Part shown: positions 28,431-41,849 of the stretch, piece by piece
Layout: each line of letters opens with the position of its first letter
How positions within the stretch are numbered: position 1 is the first letter of the stretch
NCBI RefSeq assembly: GCF_947568905.1
Contig: NC_079170.1
Span: 78,368,001 to 78,432,000 of the forward strand
Direction of reading: 5' to 3'
Source of the DNA: Ostrea edulis
Taxonomy: Eukaryota
DNA length: 64,000 bases
Translations under genes and position numbers: made by a program
The notes under the pieces: generated by a model
What the model saw: the letters and a program-made list of their open reading frames with translations, nothing else
Databases searched by the model: none
What the model was told of the DNA's origin: nothing

Positions 28431-29689
28431 CGCTTAAAACTGGAGATCTTTTGTCGCGGTGGGCGTTAACACGGAAAAGAGTCCCTACGCCCCAGAGCGC
28501 CACTCATTGGTCAGAACCTACATCAGGTGACGTCTCTACATGAGTGAAAAATTCTCGAATGGAGTTAAAACAATATACAAACAAATAAAGGCATGTTAGA
28601 ATGAAATAACGTAATACAAATGGATGACAGGGAATGGAGATGGAAAAATAATAAATGAAAATTACGCAACATGAATAAGAATTGTGCAAATGGATTGTGG
28701 AAATGGAAAATCAAGGAAATATAAATCGAAACAAGATAATTTTAATGCAAAGTATGAAATCCGCCGCTAAAGGTTTAGATATTCTATATGATTTCCAAGA
28801 GGACACACGAATTGCAATACATGTATGTGGCGTCCTTTATCTACAGATAAAACTATATGTACAATTTAGCGTGTAAGGTAGGCAGATATGGCACATTTTC
28901 GACTTAATTTTCAGTGCATTTGTTTTTGTTTTACCAAAGATAAATGAAATGACGGGTAATAAATCAGAGAAAAGAGATAGGAACGTATTTTTACAACAAT
29001 CCGGAAAGTCATAGCGAATTGCTTTTATAACTTGCACACTACCATTCCGTGCTAACTCTGTACAGTGTCAATTCTCCGGGACTACTTTTCCCTACGAATA
29101 TCGGAGTTGTAGCGTTACAGATTATACTGAGCTGACCGGAGTATGTATAACAAAAACTTCATAAAATATCGTAAATTAATGATATCTCATTAACAATGAA
29201 TAAAAATGAAACGTACTAATAACAGCTTATATTACTTATTATTACTTATTATTTCTTTTAAAAATATTCAGAACTCTTATACATGTTTTTAATGAAAAAT
29301 TATTGTACCGAAACGATGAAAACAGTTTCTCATTTCCTCATTCACGCTTTCTAACACCACCACAGATAGATGGGGCGCTGATAATGACTGCAACGCTTAA
29401 CATGTCACACGTCCTCTATTAATGAATCGACGGTCACTCCGACTTTATCATACGATAACTCAGAGCAAGTTTTTCACTTGCAATACTGGCCGCTACCAAG
29501 ACTGGTACTTCACTATTCTACAAGGCATCTAAAAGGCAATTGTTAAAACAGATTTATCACAATTGACATTTCTTTACCCAACCGCACAAGATATCGTGCA
29601 ATCACAGTGATCACCGACGTTTTTTAACGTTAATAATGTCAATATTATTCAATATTGGAGTTTACACAGTTAGTACATTTATACCGAGA

Positions 29690-29830
29690 CACGGTTATAA
29701 ATGGATTCCTAACTACTTGTCGTACAATTAGCCGTTGTTTATCGCTGGTGTGTGAGGAAGCTGCACGCGACACTTGATGGCTATTTTGTCGTCGTTATTT
29801 CGTGTCCTGTAGTATGCAACTAAAGTAAGT
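29690..29830 (+). promoter_or_regulatory. Candidate non-coding exon 1 of receptor gene 2 (5' boundary uncertain)
   Basis: CpG-containing segment ending in a strong donor aaa|GTAAGT at 29825; an AG lies 13 nt before the ATG at 33892. Confidence 0.4.
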
Positions 29831-30463
29831 AACTTCAATGTTTTATTTTGACTCATGTTTGTTAGTGGAATGAACTAATTCTGCGCAAGAATGGTTATTT
29901 GGTTTAAGAATTTTATGCAAAGATTTGTTTAATATAGAGGCGTACAACAGATGCTAACAATCCACGAGGAAAGCATATGGTGATTGGGTTTCTTGTTTAC
30001 CAATAGATTGTAAGCTTCTAGTGTAAAAAAAAGTTGACCTTCTCCCATCTATTTTGATTTAGAGAAATAAAAAAATCTAGTTGACCTAAAACAGAATTAA
30101 ACAAGTTTTATTCCATTAAGTTTAATATCTACGTAAATATGAAATGATGTAATGGATACTTTTTTTGGGTACATTTCACCAATTTGTAATACATACAATT
30201 TATTTCTTCTTTATCTCATTCGCTCTACATATGTTTTAATTCTGTGATAGTTTCTTATGTATTTCTACACTGAACACTTAACATTGTATTTAGAGGGATG
30301 ATTTCAGTTTTACTGAACACTTACATTGTATTTAGAGGAATGATTTCAGTTTTACTGAACACTTACATTGTATTTAGAGGAATGACTTCATTTTTACTGA
30401 ACACTTACACTTTATTTAGAGGGATGATTCCATGTTTCCTGAACACTTACATTTTATTTAAAG

Positions 30464-31447
30464 TATGGTTGTCAACGAGTAACCGGTTACTCGAGTACTC
30501 GCCGGAAGGTCCGAGTATCGATTACTAAAATCAGTAACCGAGTACTTAAACAAAAATTGTTTATTTCTTGTATGTTTTGTTTTGTTTCACTCATTCTATT
30601 TTCGCAGATCATCGTACGTTATCTCAAGCACCGTTCTCTCAATTACCTACAATGTATACATGTAGACTGAATTAAAGGCCTGTCCTGTTTTGACAACAAT
30701 TATAGTTATTAGCACCTCTGTCGGTGGCAGCACATCGCTTTGTTTATAGCCAGGGGCATACCATGATTCAACTTAAATACAGTTCAAATTAATTCAATAA
30801 TAAAACAAAAGCGTGGACTAGTAGCAAAAATGCCTCCGTCCTCTAAAGTATGGAAACATTTTAAACGGACCGGCGATTTAAAATATATAAAATGTCAACT
30901 CTGCGAAGTTGAATTAACGTTCACGGGAGGTACAACAAATATGCTGAATCATTTGCACATAAAACATGGTGATATTGAAGGAACTCCAGAGAAACAACCG
31001 TCTGTGGTTAATTTTCTAAACTCTCCGCGTACAAGAAATCTATTAGGCAAACAATCGGAAGACATAACACACGCAATTGTTGACATGGTTGCTCTGGATT
31101 ATATACCGCTGCTAATAGTCAAAGGGAAGGGATTTCAGAGGCTAATGTTGTCAAACTGGCTGTGGTAGTTTGACAATTTAGTGTAAACAGAAGTCAGGAA
31201 TACTAAAACGTATCCTACAATATTTATTACCTTATGCATAGCATTAAAACATACTTATCACATATAAAGCACACAACAGAAGCATAGACATAGTTACCAA
31301 CAGGCACAATGACACAAGACAACAAGTAGTATCAACTATGTTTAAGATTTTGAATTTTTTCTTGAATCACGATCGAGTACTCGAGTACTCGATCGGAAAG
31401 ACAACCGAGTAACCGGTTACTAATTTTTGATCAATTTGACAACCCTA
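30464..31447 (+). mobile_element. hAT transposon internal-deletion derivative (984 bp)
   Basis: TIR tatggttgtcaa / ttgacaacccta (12 bp, 1 mismatch); perfect 8-bp TSD ATTTAAAG at 30456-30463 and 31448-31455; subterminal gagtaaccggttac and cgagtact repeats at both ends. Confidence 0.92.
30830..31168 (+). pseudogene. Truncated hAT transposase (BED zinc finger and start of the next domain)
   Basis: KVWKHF..KCQLC..GGTTNMLNHLHIKH then ITHAIVDMVALDYIPLLIVKGKGF; no catalytic DDE domain. Confidence 0.85.
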
Positions 31448-32044
31448 ATTTAAAGAGAAGACTTCATTTTTACTGAACACTTAACTTTGTATTTAGAGGG
31501 AGGACTTCATTTGTACTGAACACTTACATTGTATTTATAGGAATGATTTCATGTTTACTGAACACTTACATTGTATTTAGAGGAATGATTTTATTTTTAC
31601 TGAACATTTACATTATATTTAGAGGAATAACTTCATTTTTACTGAACACTTACATTTTATCTAGAGGGATCATTTCATGTTTCCTGAACACTTAACATTG
31701 CATTTAGAGGGATTATTTCATTTTTACTGAACACTTATATTGTATTTAGAGGGATTATTTCATTTTTACTGAACACTTACATTGTATTTAGAGGGATGAT
31801 TTCATTTTTACTGAACACATACATTGTATTTAGAGGAATGATTTCATTTTTACTGAACACTTACATTGTATTTAGGGGAATGTCTTCATTTTTACTGAAC
31901 ACTTACATTTTATCTAGAGGGATGATTTCATGTTTCCTGAACACTTTTAAAGAGAAGACTTCATTTGTACTGAACACTTACATTGTATTTAGAGGAATGA
32001 TTTCATGTTTACTGAACACTTACATTGTATTTAGAATGATTTCA

Positions 32045-32838
32045 TATATACTCATATTCATATGAAGCAGAATTTATTAAAAAAACTTCTACGTGAGAAG
32101 AAAAAATCTCTCCCTGTGACCTTCAATTCGATTTTTAGATATATCGATGACGTTTCGTCTATTAACAATGATAGCTTTCATTCATATGTCGATTTGATAT
32201 ATCCCTGTGAGCTCGAAATAAAGGACACCACAGAGTCGTCCACTTCTGCTTCATACTTAGATATTTTATTGAAAGTAGACATTAACGGCAAACTGACAAC
32301 TCAACTGTATGACAAACGGGATGATTTCAGCTTCTCCATCGTCAACTTCCCACATTTATGTAGCAATATTCCATTATCACCTGCATATGGTGTTTATATA
32401 TCTCAACTAATTCGATATGCAAGAGCTTGTTCTGGGTATAGTCAGTTTTTAAATCGAGGTAAGGTACTGACAAACAAGTTGATGGTACAGGGATTTCAAC
32501 AGTCTCGATTGAAGTCAGCATTTCGTAAATTCTATGGTCGTTATAACGATCTAGTTCGTCAATACAACCTCGCATTGGGTCAAATGCTGTCTGACGTGTT
32601 TCATACCGATTGTTAAGCCGTTCTTGGCACACTGATTTGACTGCGGATAACTCCGTTTACCTGATCAGAATATGGGGCTCACGGCGGGTGTGACCGGTCA
32701 ACAGGGGTTGATTACTCCTCCTAGGCACCTGATCCCACCTCTGGTGTGTCCAGGGGTCCGTGTTTGCCCAACTATCTATTTTGTATTGCTTGTAGGAGTT
32801 ATGAGATTGATCACTGTTCGTTATCTTCACCTTGCATA
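32045..32838 (+). mobile_element. 5'-truncated Penelope-like retroelement (RT C-terminal, no downstream endonuclease; Naiad-like)
   Basis: ORF 32062-32616 has FRYIDD and ELEIKDTTESSTSASYLDILL..LYDKRDDFSFSIVNFP..YGVYISQLIRYARAC. A +1 A-run frameshift at ~32079-32085 breaks YSYEAEFI. A 3' UTR ends cttcaccttgcat. Confidence 0.88.
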
Positions 32839-33284
32839 CTGAACACTTGCATTGTATGTAGAGGAATGACGTCATTTTACTGAACACTTACATTGTGTTT
32901 AGAGGGATTACTTCAATTTTAATTTTAACTTTAAATTACAAGGATAACTTCATGTAGAATTCCATGTAAAACAATAATTTACAGGAAGTACTCCATATTT
33001 CATTCGAAATAAAACACAATTTTACAAGAATAACTTCAGATTTGATTCTATGTAAACACCAATTTACAAGAATACTTAATGTATAATTTTACGTAAAACA
33101 TTAAATCAAGGTAGTCCACCCCTCTAGAATTATAGGTTCAATCCTAAATTTTATTGTTGATTCTTCAAATATCATAACTTAATAATAAATGAAAATGATG
33201 AAATACGTATTTCGCGGTATCAATTTGTTTTCATCAAATAGCACATATATACCTGTTGTCAACGTCAGGAAATTGCACTTTTCC

Positions 33285-33630
33285 TTAAATGAAATATAAG
33301 GAATACTAAACAGAGATGTGAAAAATATGGACCCCTGCCTATACCAGAGGTGGGATCAGGTGCCTAGGAGGAGTAAGCATCCCCTGTCGATCGGTCACAC
33401 CCGCCGTGAGTCCCATATTTTGATCAGGTAAACGGAGTTATCCGTAGTCAAAATTAGTGTGCCAAGAACGGTCTAACAATCGACATGAAACACGTCATAC
33501 AAGATTTGACCCAATGATAGGTTGTATTGGCAAACTAGATTTACGAAATGCTGATTTTAAACGAGACTGTTGGAACCCCTGTATCATCAACTTGTTTGTC
33601 GGTAGCCTGCGTCGATTTAAAAACTGACCA
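33285..33630 (-). mobile_element. Penelope-like 3' fragment
   Basis: Reverse complement of the 32450-32800 region. Confidence 0.85.
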
Positions 33631-33891
33631 CGTGAAAACTGGCGGTGAAATGTCAACAGAATTGGATCAAAATGCAATAAAAACCCATGTAACATGAATA
33701 CTATGAACTATAGTTCATTTAAAGTTTATTTATACAGTATTATGACTCTGTAATGATCTATGTAAATCTACCTAAATACAAGGAATCCCTTAAAACAACT
33801 GTCTACGTTCAACAAAGTGCTTTTTATAATTTTTTTTTTTCGAAATACAGTACTGAAGAAAGGTTTTTCCAATTACAGATCAATCAAGACG

Positions 33892-36800
33892 ATGAACTTC
33901 ATTTGGTACATATCAATCTCTGTGATCGTAATTGTTGGAAAAACAAAGCAAATATACTATGAGGAAAATATTCCGATGCAGTTTAGAGGAGACTTCATGT
34001 TTAACGTATCACACTTAATTTTACAAAGTGCTCTTTATTGCGGAAGTGACATAATATGTAACAAGTCTTTACTAACTGTGTTCGGCATTCCACACGGATC
34101 AGGATCAGGTAAGACAAGGTGTGGGAGTTGTTCCTGTCGTGAAGATTACCCATCTCCCTACTCTTTACAAAATTCCTGTCCAGATGTTTTCTTCAAACAT
34201 GGGCTACGGGAATGCAGGGATGTAAATATTTTATCAAAGGAAAAGTTTTTAAAAGAAGTGGTTGCTTCCTGCCCAGTTGGAACAAGCCTGAATTTATCAC
34301 GGGAGTGTACAAAGGATCGATTTAATGTGGAGATCTTGCTTCATCCTCCCGTATCTAGTCATACAAGAGAGGTATCCTACCTAAATAAATACTGCGCTAT
34401 TTGCAATCAGGAGACTAATGGGAAGGAATGGAATGCAATGTTTGAATGCCCAAGATCGGTTGATTTCAACTTTCTTTCATCGTACCAAGAGATACTAAAT
34501 CTGGCAGGTCAAGAATCATGTAGTATATTGTACAATTCTCCTAATTCAAATGGAGACTGCGATAGGAAATACGATGGAAAATTGGCATCATGCAATGTAA
34601 CGGGATCATGGCTTAATTACGATGAACAGATAGAACAGGGGTGTCTCAGTTCTTATGATGCTCCAATTGGCATCTACAAAAACATTTTCTGTGCAATGTG
34701 TAACCCACCTACATTTCAAGAGAGTGCCATGATTGACAAGTGTGACAATTCTACCAGCATATATAAGGAAGCATGTTCTGTTCTGCCAATCCAGGAGGCT
34801 TCTTTTCCATACAAAAATTTCTTTTGTTTTGCTTGCAACCACGACGAGGACAACACCAGATACTATACTGATATTGATTACAAATCGGCCCAAGAAACAT
34901 ATAAAGCGAATGAGAAATATCCATTTCAGTTTGAAATTTCATTTTCTTACAGTGAGAATAATGTTGAACAGTACATCCGCGAAATGAATTCGGAGTCCAA
35001 TCTAGGGCAATTAATATCAGAACCAACAAGAAAAGAAGAAACATTTAGAAACGAATATCAATTAAAATGTCCAATTATACAGAGAAACTGGTCATTAGTA
35101 GACAAGGAATTTCCAGGAGAACAAAGCAAACCGTACAAAAATATTGAAATGGAATCACCTGTATCTGAACTGAACCCATTACATATGATCACAACATATC
35201 CTAAAATTAACATAACCAATTTAATCCGAATTAGTTTCGCGTTTTCGCGATATGGCACCTGTACACCAGGGTTATTGCCAAACTACACCATTCCTCTACA
35301 GAAACCTTGCTCCTGCACTGTAGGGTGTAGGTCAGATTGCTGTGACGATTTTGCTTTAAGTATTCCCTGGATTTGTATTTCTGAAATCCTTTGTGATAAA
35401 AACGGTAAAGGTAAAAAATATTTGACGGTAGGTAACTGCACTGCAGATAGAAAAATTGGACGTTTATGCACTGATAACAATACTTTGCATTTTTATCAGA
35501 TATTTCCAGTAACGGCGAGACACGGAAACAGGGAAAGTTATGCTAATTTTTTCTGCTATTTATGTAACAAAAATATGAATGGCATAAAATATACGAACAT
35601 CCTTGAGAAAGCTACACGAGAGGTCGCTGTTTGGCCTTTGAAAGTTAAATGCAGCAATTACGTAAATCACAGAAACTTTTATTCGTTACAACATCTAATA
35701 GAGTATTTTAACCAAACATCGTGCGTAATGGGTTTCGTACCACACACTGATGCATCAGAGTGCAAGGAAACCTGTAATTATGAACATTTTAACACTGTAG
35801 GAAGATGCAACGTATCTGGAACTTGGTCCGTGTTCAACATAGACATCCTTAATGCATGTGAATATTCAGAAAATTTTAGATTTCCCTCCGTTCAGCTGGA
35901 TGGAACAATTTTTAAAAATAAATTTTGTGCAATTTGCAATCCGTTTGAATCAAATCATACAAATATACCCTGCCGAGAGTTTCCCGAGAACTCCAGCGTT
36001 GTGAAAGCCTGTCAAGAATTTCCAGATGTCAATGTTTGTTTTCCCTACAGGAATGTGTTCTGCGAAATGTGTTTAAACAATGGCACTGAATCTGCATGTT
36101 ATCAGGGAATAGAAATTGATAAAGGTTTAACAACTTTAGTACCTACGCTTTTGACGACCATGCAACCCCTTCCTCCAGAGAATTTGTGGACGTTCAGATC
36201 CACATTCGGTCTAGGAGAATATGACGACCCCACCGCCGTCACTGAAAACAAACATCTTTCAACATGTCGAGATAATCAAGTCTTTGATGACTTACAGGTA
36301 AATGCAGTTCTTTTATTATAAGGAAATGTGCTTAATATGTTTCAAAATTGCAATTGTTTTTATAACTTTTCGACACTCAAGAAATGAGGGAATGTGAAAA
36401 ATCTATTTAGCTTTAAAATTAGAATAATGCTGTTAAATCTGAAGAACTTTATAATCATTTGACGTAGTTAATCTATAACAATGAGAATACCCACTACATT
36501 TAAGAGATGAGGTATGGGATCACCACACAATCATTATTACTAATTTTAGATATGTCTACTTTATCATCTCAGTAAATCATGATCATGCACATTTGTCTGT
36601 GTCTGTAAAAGATGTTGGCAGCAAATATATTTTATAACAAGCTTATGACTAATCTTAAAATCAAACAAAACTAAAAAAAATATATAATGAACCAGTCAAT
36701 TGATTCTTCAATCAATGTCATGCTTTTCTATGTATGATGATCGAAAGTGTCTGTGTTTTTCTCCTCATTAACAATATATCGTTTTATTACAGCAAATATG

Positions 36801-38373
36801 CAGAAATTTGACATGCTTTCCGGGCAAGGTGAGAAGAAATAAATCCTGTGTGTCACTGCTGGCTGTTACCTCTAAGTTACGATATACTCTAGCTGTGAAG
36901 ATTGAAATTTCTACCTCCACAGTAATCAATGCAACTGTTAAAGAATTAATAGAAAGAATACGGGGATACATTACAAAAAAGATCAAACTGCAGTTCAGTA
37001 CCAACGTTTTCATCGAAAAGATTGGACTAATGAGTTCAGTCAGCTGCAAGAAACCATTTACTGCGGTGAAGGAAGTGTTTTTATACCTGAAAATTTTCGT
37101 TGACGGACTTGTTAATCGGGATGAAATGGAACAGAAACTAGTCGACTTTACTGAATCAACAGCTGACTGGGATCTGTCGAACAAACGAAAACCAGAATGG
37201 ATGTTAAGAGTTAAAGTTTCAAGACATCATCAGTCTCTCTCCTTGCCTTCATTTCTGCAGAACCCTAATGAGACCAGCCACTGCTTTATCATTAAAGATA
37301 TTGAGAGTTATCGATCTGAAATACATAAGAATGTGTATGTGAGCCCATTGCTGATGTGTCCACAATTCATTTTGAAGGACAACGAATCTGGACTTGATCA
37401 TGTAAACGCTGGGGGCGAATATCCCTTCTTAGATACCCCTTCTTTCCATTACAAGTTTCCTTCCACAGATAGTGGTCAACTCCGCAAGTGTATCGAAACA
37501 AAACAACCGATGACATCTGAAACTGATGATTTCATTCTTACAATTCTTACAGTCGTTTCCTTGATTATCTCTCTAATTTGCCTGTTCATAACATTTGTGA
37601 CGTATTGTATGTTTCCAAGTCTCAGAACTCTGCCTGGAATTAACAACATGTGTCTGGTTGTGTCTCTGTTTTTAGCGCAGTTTCTCATGATAATAAGACC
37701 GATTGTCAAATCAACAGCCTTAACCATAGTTTCCGCGTTGTCGCATTTTTCTTGGCTGTCCACGTTTCTCTGGCTTCAGGTCTGTTCATTTCATATGTTC
37801 CGTGTCTTTAATGCAAAAGGTCGATCAGAATTTTCCGGAAGTAAAGGTAAGAAAAGAGCAAAGTTCTATGCCTTGTACGCTTTCGGCAGTTCCACATTTA
37901 TTGTCACAACTAATATTATCGTTTCGTTGATAGTCACTGATGGGGCAAATTCAGGATACGGCAACATGTTAACTTTGATGACGTATAAAACGGCATTTAT
38001 TGTCACTCTTATCGTCCCGCTGATTCTAATTTGTATCACGAACATCATATTTTATATGTTAACCGTTTATAAAATTCATTCCACCCCGAAATTAGAAAAG
38101 ACCTCCGGAAACAGGATTCATTTTAGCGTGTATGTGAAACTGTTTACCCTAACAGGACTGTCTTGGGTTTTGCAGATAATAGACACGTTTTTGGATATCT
38201 CAGTCTTGTCGTATTGTGTTGCAGTTCTCAACGGCCTGCAAGGGTTATTCATTTTTGCTAGTTATATTTGTAATGAACGAGTATTGATAATGTACCAGAA
38301 TGTTTGCTGCAAGTTTTCCGATTTTCGACCACCGTCAACTCTGTCTTCAAATACAGACACAACAAGAATGTGA
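33892..38373 (+). CDS. Receptor 2: paralogous Cys-rich-ectodomain 7TM receptor, 1328 aa. Coding exons 33892-36297 and 36793-38373
   Basis: MNFIWYISISVIVIV N-terminus; donor CAG|GTAAAT and acceptor ttattacAG|CAA in phase 0; same Cys framework and 7TM motifs as receptor 1. Confidence 0.88.
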
Positions 38374-39606
38374 GTCTAAATTATGAGTTTGTATGCTGTA
38401 CATAGATTATATCTTATCATTTCCTTGAATGGGTTGATTATAGTATTTCTTGTATGTTATGTTTAACACATAAATAAGATCATGATTGTTTCCTGATTGC
38501 ATTGATGTGATTTCTGAAAATCTTTCTGCAAGTTTCTCTGTCTCATGAAATAATCGTCAATGTACATAACTGAGTGCGATGTTCCGTGTCCTTCGATGCT
38601 ACGAAGATGAGCATTTTGAATAGTACCATATAGCAATTTTTCCGCATTTGTAAACTCCAGCGTTGTTTTTAGCTCCTAGGCATATAATATATAATTTTAG
38701 CGGAATTAATTGTAAAGGTTATGGAGTTTCAAAACATTGAAATTGATAAGCAGTGTAGCGTTAATAACTTATCTGTAAAACATTTCATTAAAATCAGAAA
38801 CAGCTGGAAAAGACTTTCCTCGTTATCCTCAAGATGAAACGTGCTATATGTACCTTTGGCATGAAACAATTGTAACACAGAGTTATCTTTCTTGGGAAAA
38901 TATAAATTATCACTGCAGACACATTTTGGCGCATTTAGCCATTAAATATTTGGTGACATGAACAAAAAACTGCTAAGATAAGCCAACATTATCACCCCAT
39001 GAAAAAACACCCAATAAGGAATACCGTTTTGTATTCGTCAGCTGGTGTATGGCATACACATCTCCATTATTGAATGTTCAAACAATAAGTGCGTGGTCTA
39101 GAGCGTTCGAATACGATACGAGGTTTTATACATCTTCATATACTATAATTCATACATGTAATCCCGTGAGAAACGTTTTTTCTCGTTTTAAGAAAAAGGT
39201 GGATAATATATGCGTAGTAATAACATATATCAAATCGTTATCATTAGAACTAGGGTAGTGCGACGTTAACATAGGATACAATGGTTACAATAAAATATCT
39301 GATGAAGCATCGAAGTTTGACTTTTAACTTGGTGTACAGCTGTATCATTTGCAAATGGAGGCAGGTTCTGACGAGAATTTTTCCATAAAAGACACCCATA
39401 TCGACGATGTTGGATGAAATTGATTCAGAGTTGTGATATCGCTTATTTTCATATTGGATTTAGTTATAATTTCCCCCAAAAGTGGCATATTTTGATATCC
39501 TATTTCCTAGGACTATCCGGGCTTGTCAATTAACATGTTGCAACAGTCATGAAATAGTCATGGAGATTTTCGTCAGAATGACCGGTGATATTGGCATGTG
39601 ATGTCA

Positions 39607-39820
39607 ACTGAAAAGGTTCAGATAATTAACAGTGATCCATCTCGTAACTCCTATAGAGGACTCACAGCGGGTGTGATCGGTAGACAGGGGATGCTTACTC
39701 CTCCTAGGCACCCGATCCTACTGCTGGCATGTCCAACAGTCCGTGTTTGCCCAACTAACTATTTTATATTGCTTATAGGAGTTATGAGATTGATCACTGT
39801 TCGTTATCTTCACCGTTCAT
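39607..39820. mobile_element. Penelope-like short insertion with an inverted 3' tail (duplicated at ~52625-52836)
   Basis: Reverse tail gaaaaggt..aacagtgatc..ctcgtaactcctata fused to a sense tail ctcac..cgggtgtg..gttatcttcacc. Confidence 0.75.
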
Positions 39821-40512
39821 ACGAAATACAAAGTTAAAGACACCGTCATATGAGGTGACAAGACTGAGGCCGGGGCACTTTTTATGAAGTGATGAGACTG
39901 ATGCCTGGGATACTCCATATGATGTGACAAAACTCTGACAACCGAGGTACCGTGCTATGAGGTGACAAGACTCTAGTGCCCGGGGCAGCGTCCGTAATGT
40001 ACTTTTTTGTGCAATTAGATAAGATTCTTTTGTGTTCACTTTTCCCAGGTCGAACACTGTATATCTAGGATTTAGACTCCCATACCTCAACTACATGTCT
40101 CCCATAATTTTCAGAAGATGATTTATATTTAATAAGTATGGTATGTTTGAGAGTGTTGGATCTAATAAAAACAAGCCCTCGATTGATTAATTTCAAGACA
40201 TTTCAATGTATCGTCCCCGTATGTTGTTTCATGTTCCTTTCAAGAAGTTTGCACTCATACAGGGACATTACCAGCGTCAGGTGAAAAGTCACACACGTCG
40301 ACCAGAGCATGATTCTTATAGGAAGGCTTGTTTATCCTACCAATACCTCCTTGATACGGTTCAATCACATTGCCGAACTCTTGGTAAATGGTACAGTGAC
40401 TTCTTCAGCGACCCAGATATGCACGAACATATAACTTCCCGACTCCTTATCTATCGTGACGATGGGGGAGAATCATGTCAATCGTTTAGGATTCATCTTC
40501 TCAACCATTACC

Positions 40513-40608
40513 TCTGGTGTGTCCAGGGGTCCGCGTTTGCCCAACTATCTATTTTGTATTGCTTGTAGGAATTATGAGATTGATCACTGCTCGTTATCTT
40601 CACCTTGC
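40513..40608 (+). mobile_element. Short Penelope-like 3' tail insertion present only in duplication copy A
   Basis: Flanked by ccattacc at 40505-40512 and 40615-40622; the paralogous site near 53492 has one ccattacc and no insert. Confidence 0.8.
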
Positions 40609-41849
40609 CTCTATCCATTACCTTAAATCCACATTTTTGTACCTATACTTCTCATTACCAGCTCGTTAGAGTTATCGCGCTTTTATGACTCTTGTGTGTC
40701 ATTGGTAAGAAAATGCACAAGTCTCGCGAGCAAGTGCGAAATTACTGGGACATAAACGAAACGTTCATAGTACCCTCCCCCCTTTAAGAGTTAAAATACA
40801 TGGTGTATTTTAGATAAAATAATCATTGGTCAAACTGCATTTTTCAAATATTCTAACACTATTTTATTAAAGATGTTACATGTTTTTTAAAACTCCACCA
40901 CACCTATTTTAAAATTTCCGAACAACAATGTTCTCTGTCCTAAGTCCATCAATATTTTGTAATTTTCAAAATAGCTTAGATGCAGTTTGAAACGCATTAG
41001 TTGTGTTAATTAGTGTTATAAACGTCTAAAAAAATGTAATTTGGCATATATGCAAGGTGAAGATAACGAACAGTGATCAATCTCATAACTCCTACAAACA
41101 ATACAAAATAGATAGTTGGGCAAACACGGACCTATATATAACTTGTTTTAAAATATGGAAATTGAGGAAGGGCGGGCGAGGGGGGGGGGGGGGGTACGTG
41201 TACGATTTCAAAGTCCATGCCATATGAACCTGTCCTAATTGTATGATAAAATAGAATGTCTTCATAGTCTGACATAATACCTTTAAAACATATTAATTCC
41301 ATTAATTACATGAAAAGTTCTTGTGTTGGATGTGCATATAGGTTTTTCCCTTCACAGTTCTTGCAATTGATGTTTTATATCGGTCAGATTTGGCAACTTT
41401 AGTACCTTCTCTCCCTCACATAGTTTAATAAGTTCGTCTGTTTTCTTGTAAGAATAATCAATTCCTAAATTTGACGTTAGAATTTTAATCAGTGTTGTGG
41501 TTTGCAGTCGGTTATAATATGTATTCGATACCATAATTTATATTACGTATGCCTAAGTAATGTTTACATTATGTTGTCCCGGTAGCACGACTTTACGCGC
41601 GTTTAATTTGAAGAGTTCCAGTAATGGAAATGATAAGTATTGTATGAAAGGTGAAGATAACGAACAGTGATCAATCTCATAACTCCTATAAGCAATACAC
41701 TATAGATACTTATATGTTTCTCATGGACATAGTAGTAAAGGTTCTTTATCCTGTCAAACCCTAACAAAGTGACCTCCTTATTAAAGTTAGTAGTTAAAAA
41801 TTCACCTTCATTTCCCAATATGATTGTACTTCCTGTAGCAGGTGTCTAT

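Larger units (their letters stand above)
30262..32910. repeat. 42-bp minisatellite interrupted by a hAT element and a Penelope-like element
   Basis: Unit tactgaacacttacattgtatttagagggatgatttcatttt at ~30262-30455, 31456-32040 and ~32839-32910. Confidence 0.93.

Noticed and set aside
30298-32065. ORFs with a 14-aa repeat MISxLLNTYIVFRG
   Set aside because: Translation of the 42-bp minisatellite.
32780-32838. SECIS element in the Penelope-like 3' tail (some Naiad elements reportedly encode selenoproteins)
   Set aside because: AUGA is present but I could not find the apical AA loop and GA quartet geometry, and the visible RT ORF has no in-frame TGA.
39298-39330. CTGATGA motifs at ~12186, ~22257, ~39298 and ~52317 as hammerheads
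   Set aside because: No stem II followed by GAAA and no closing stem I.
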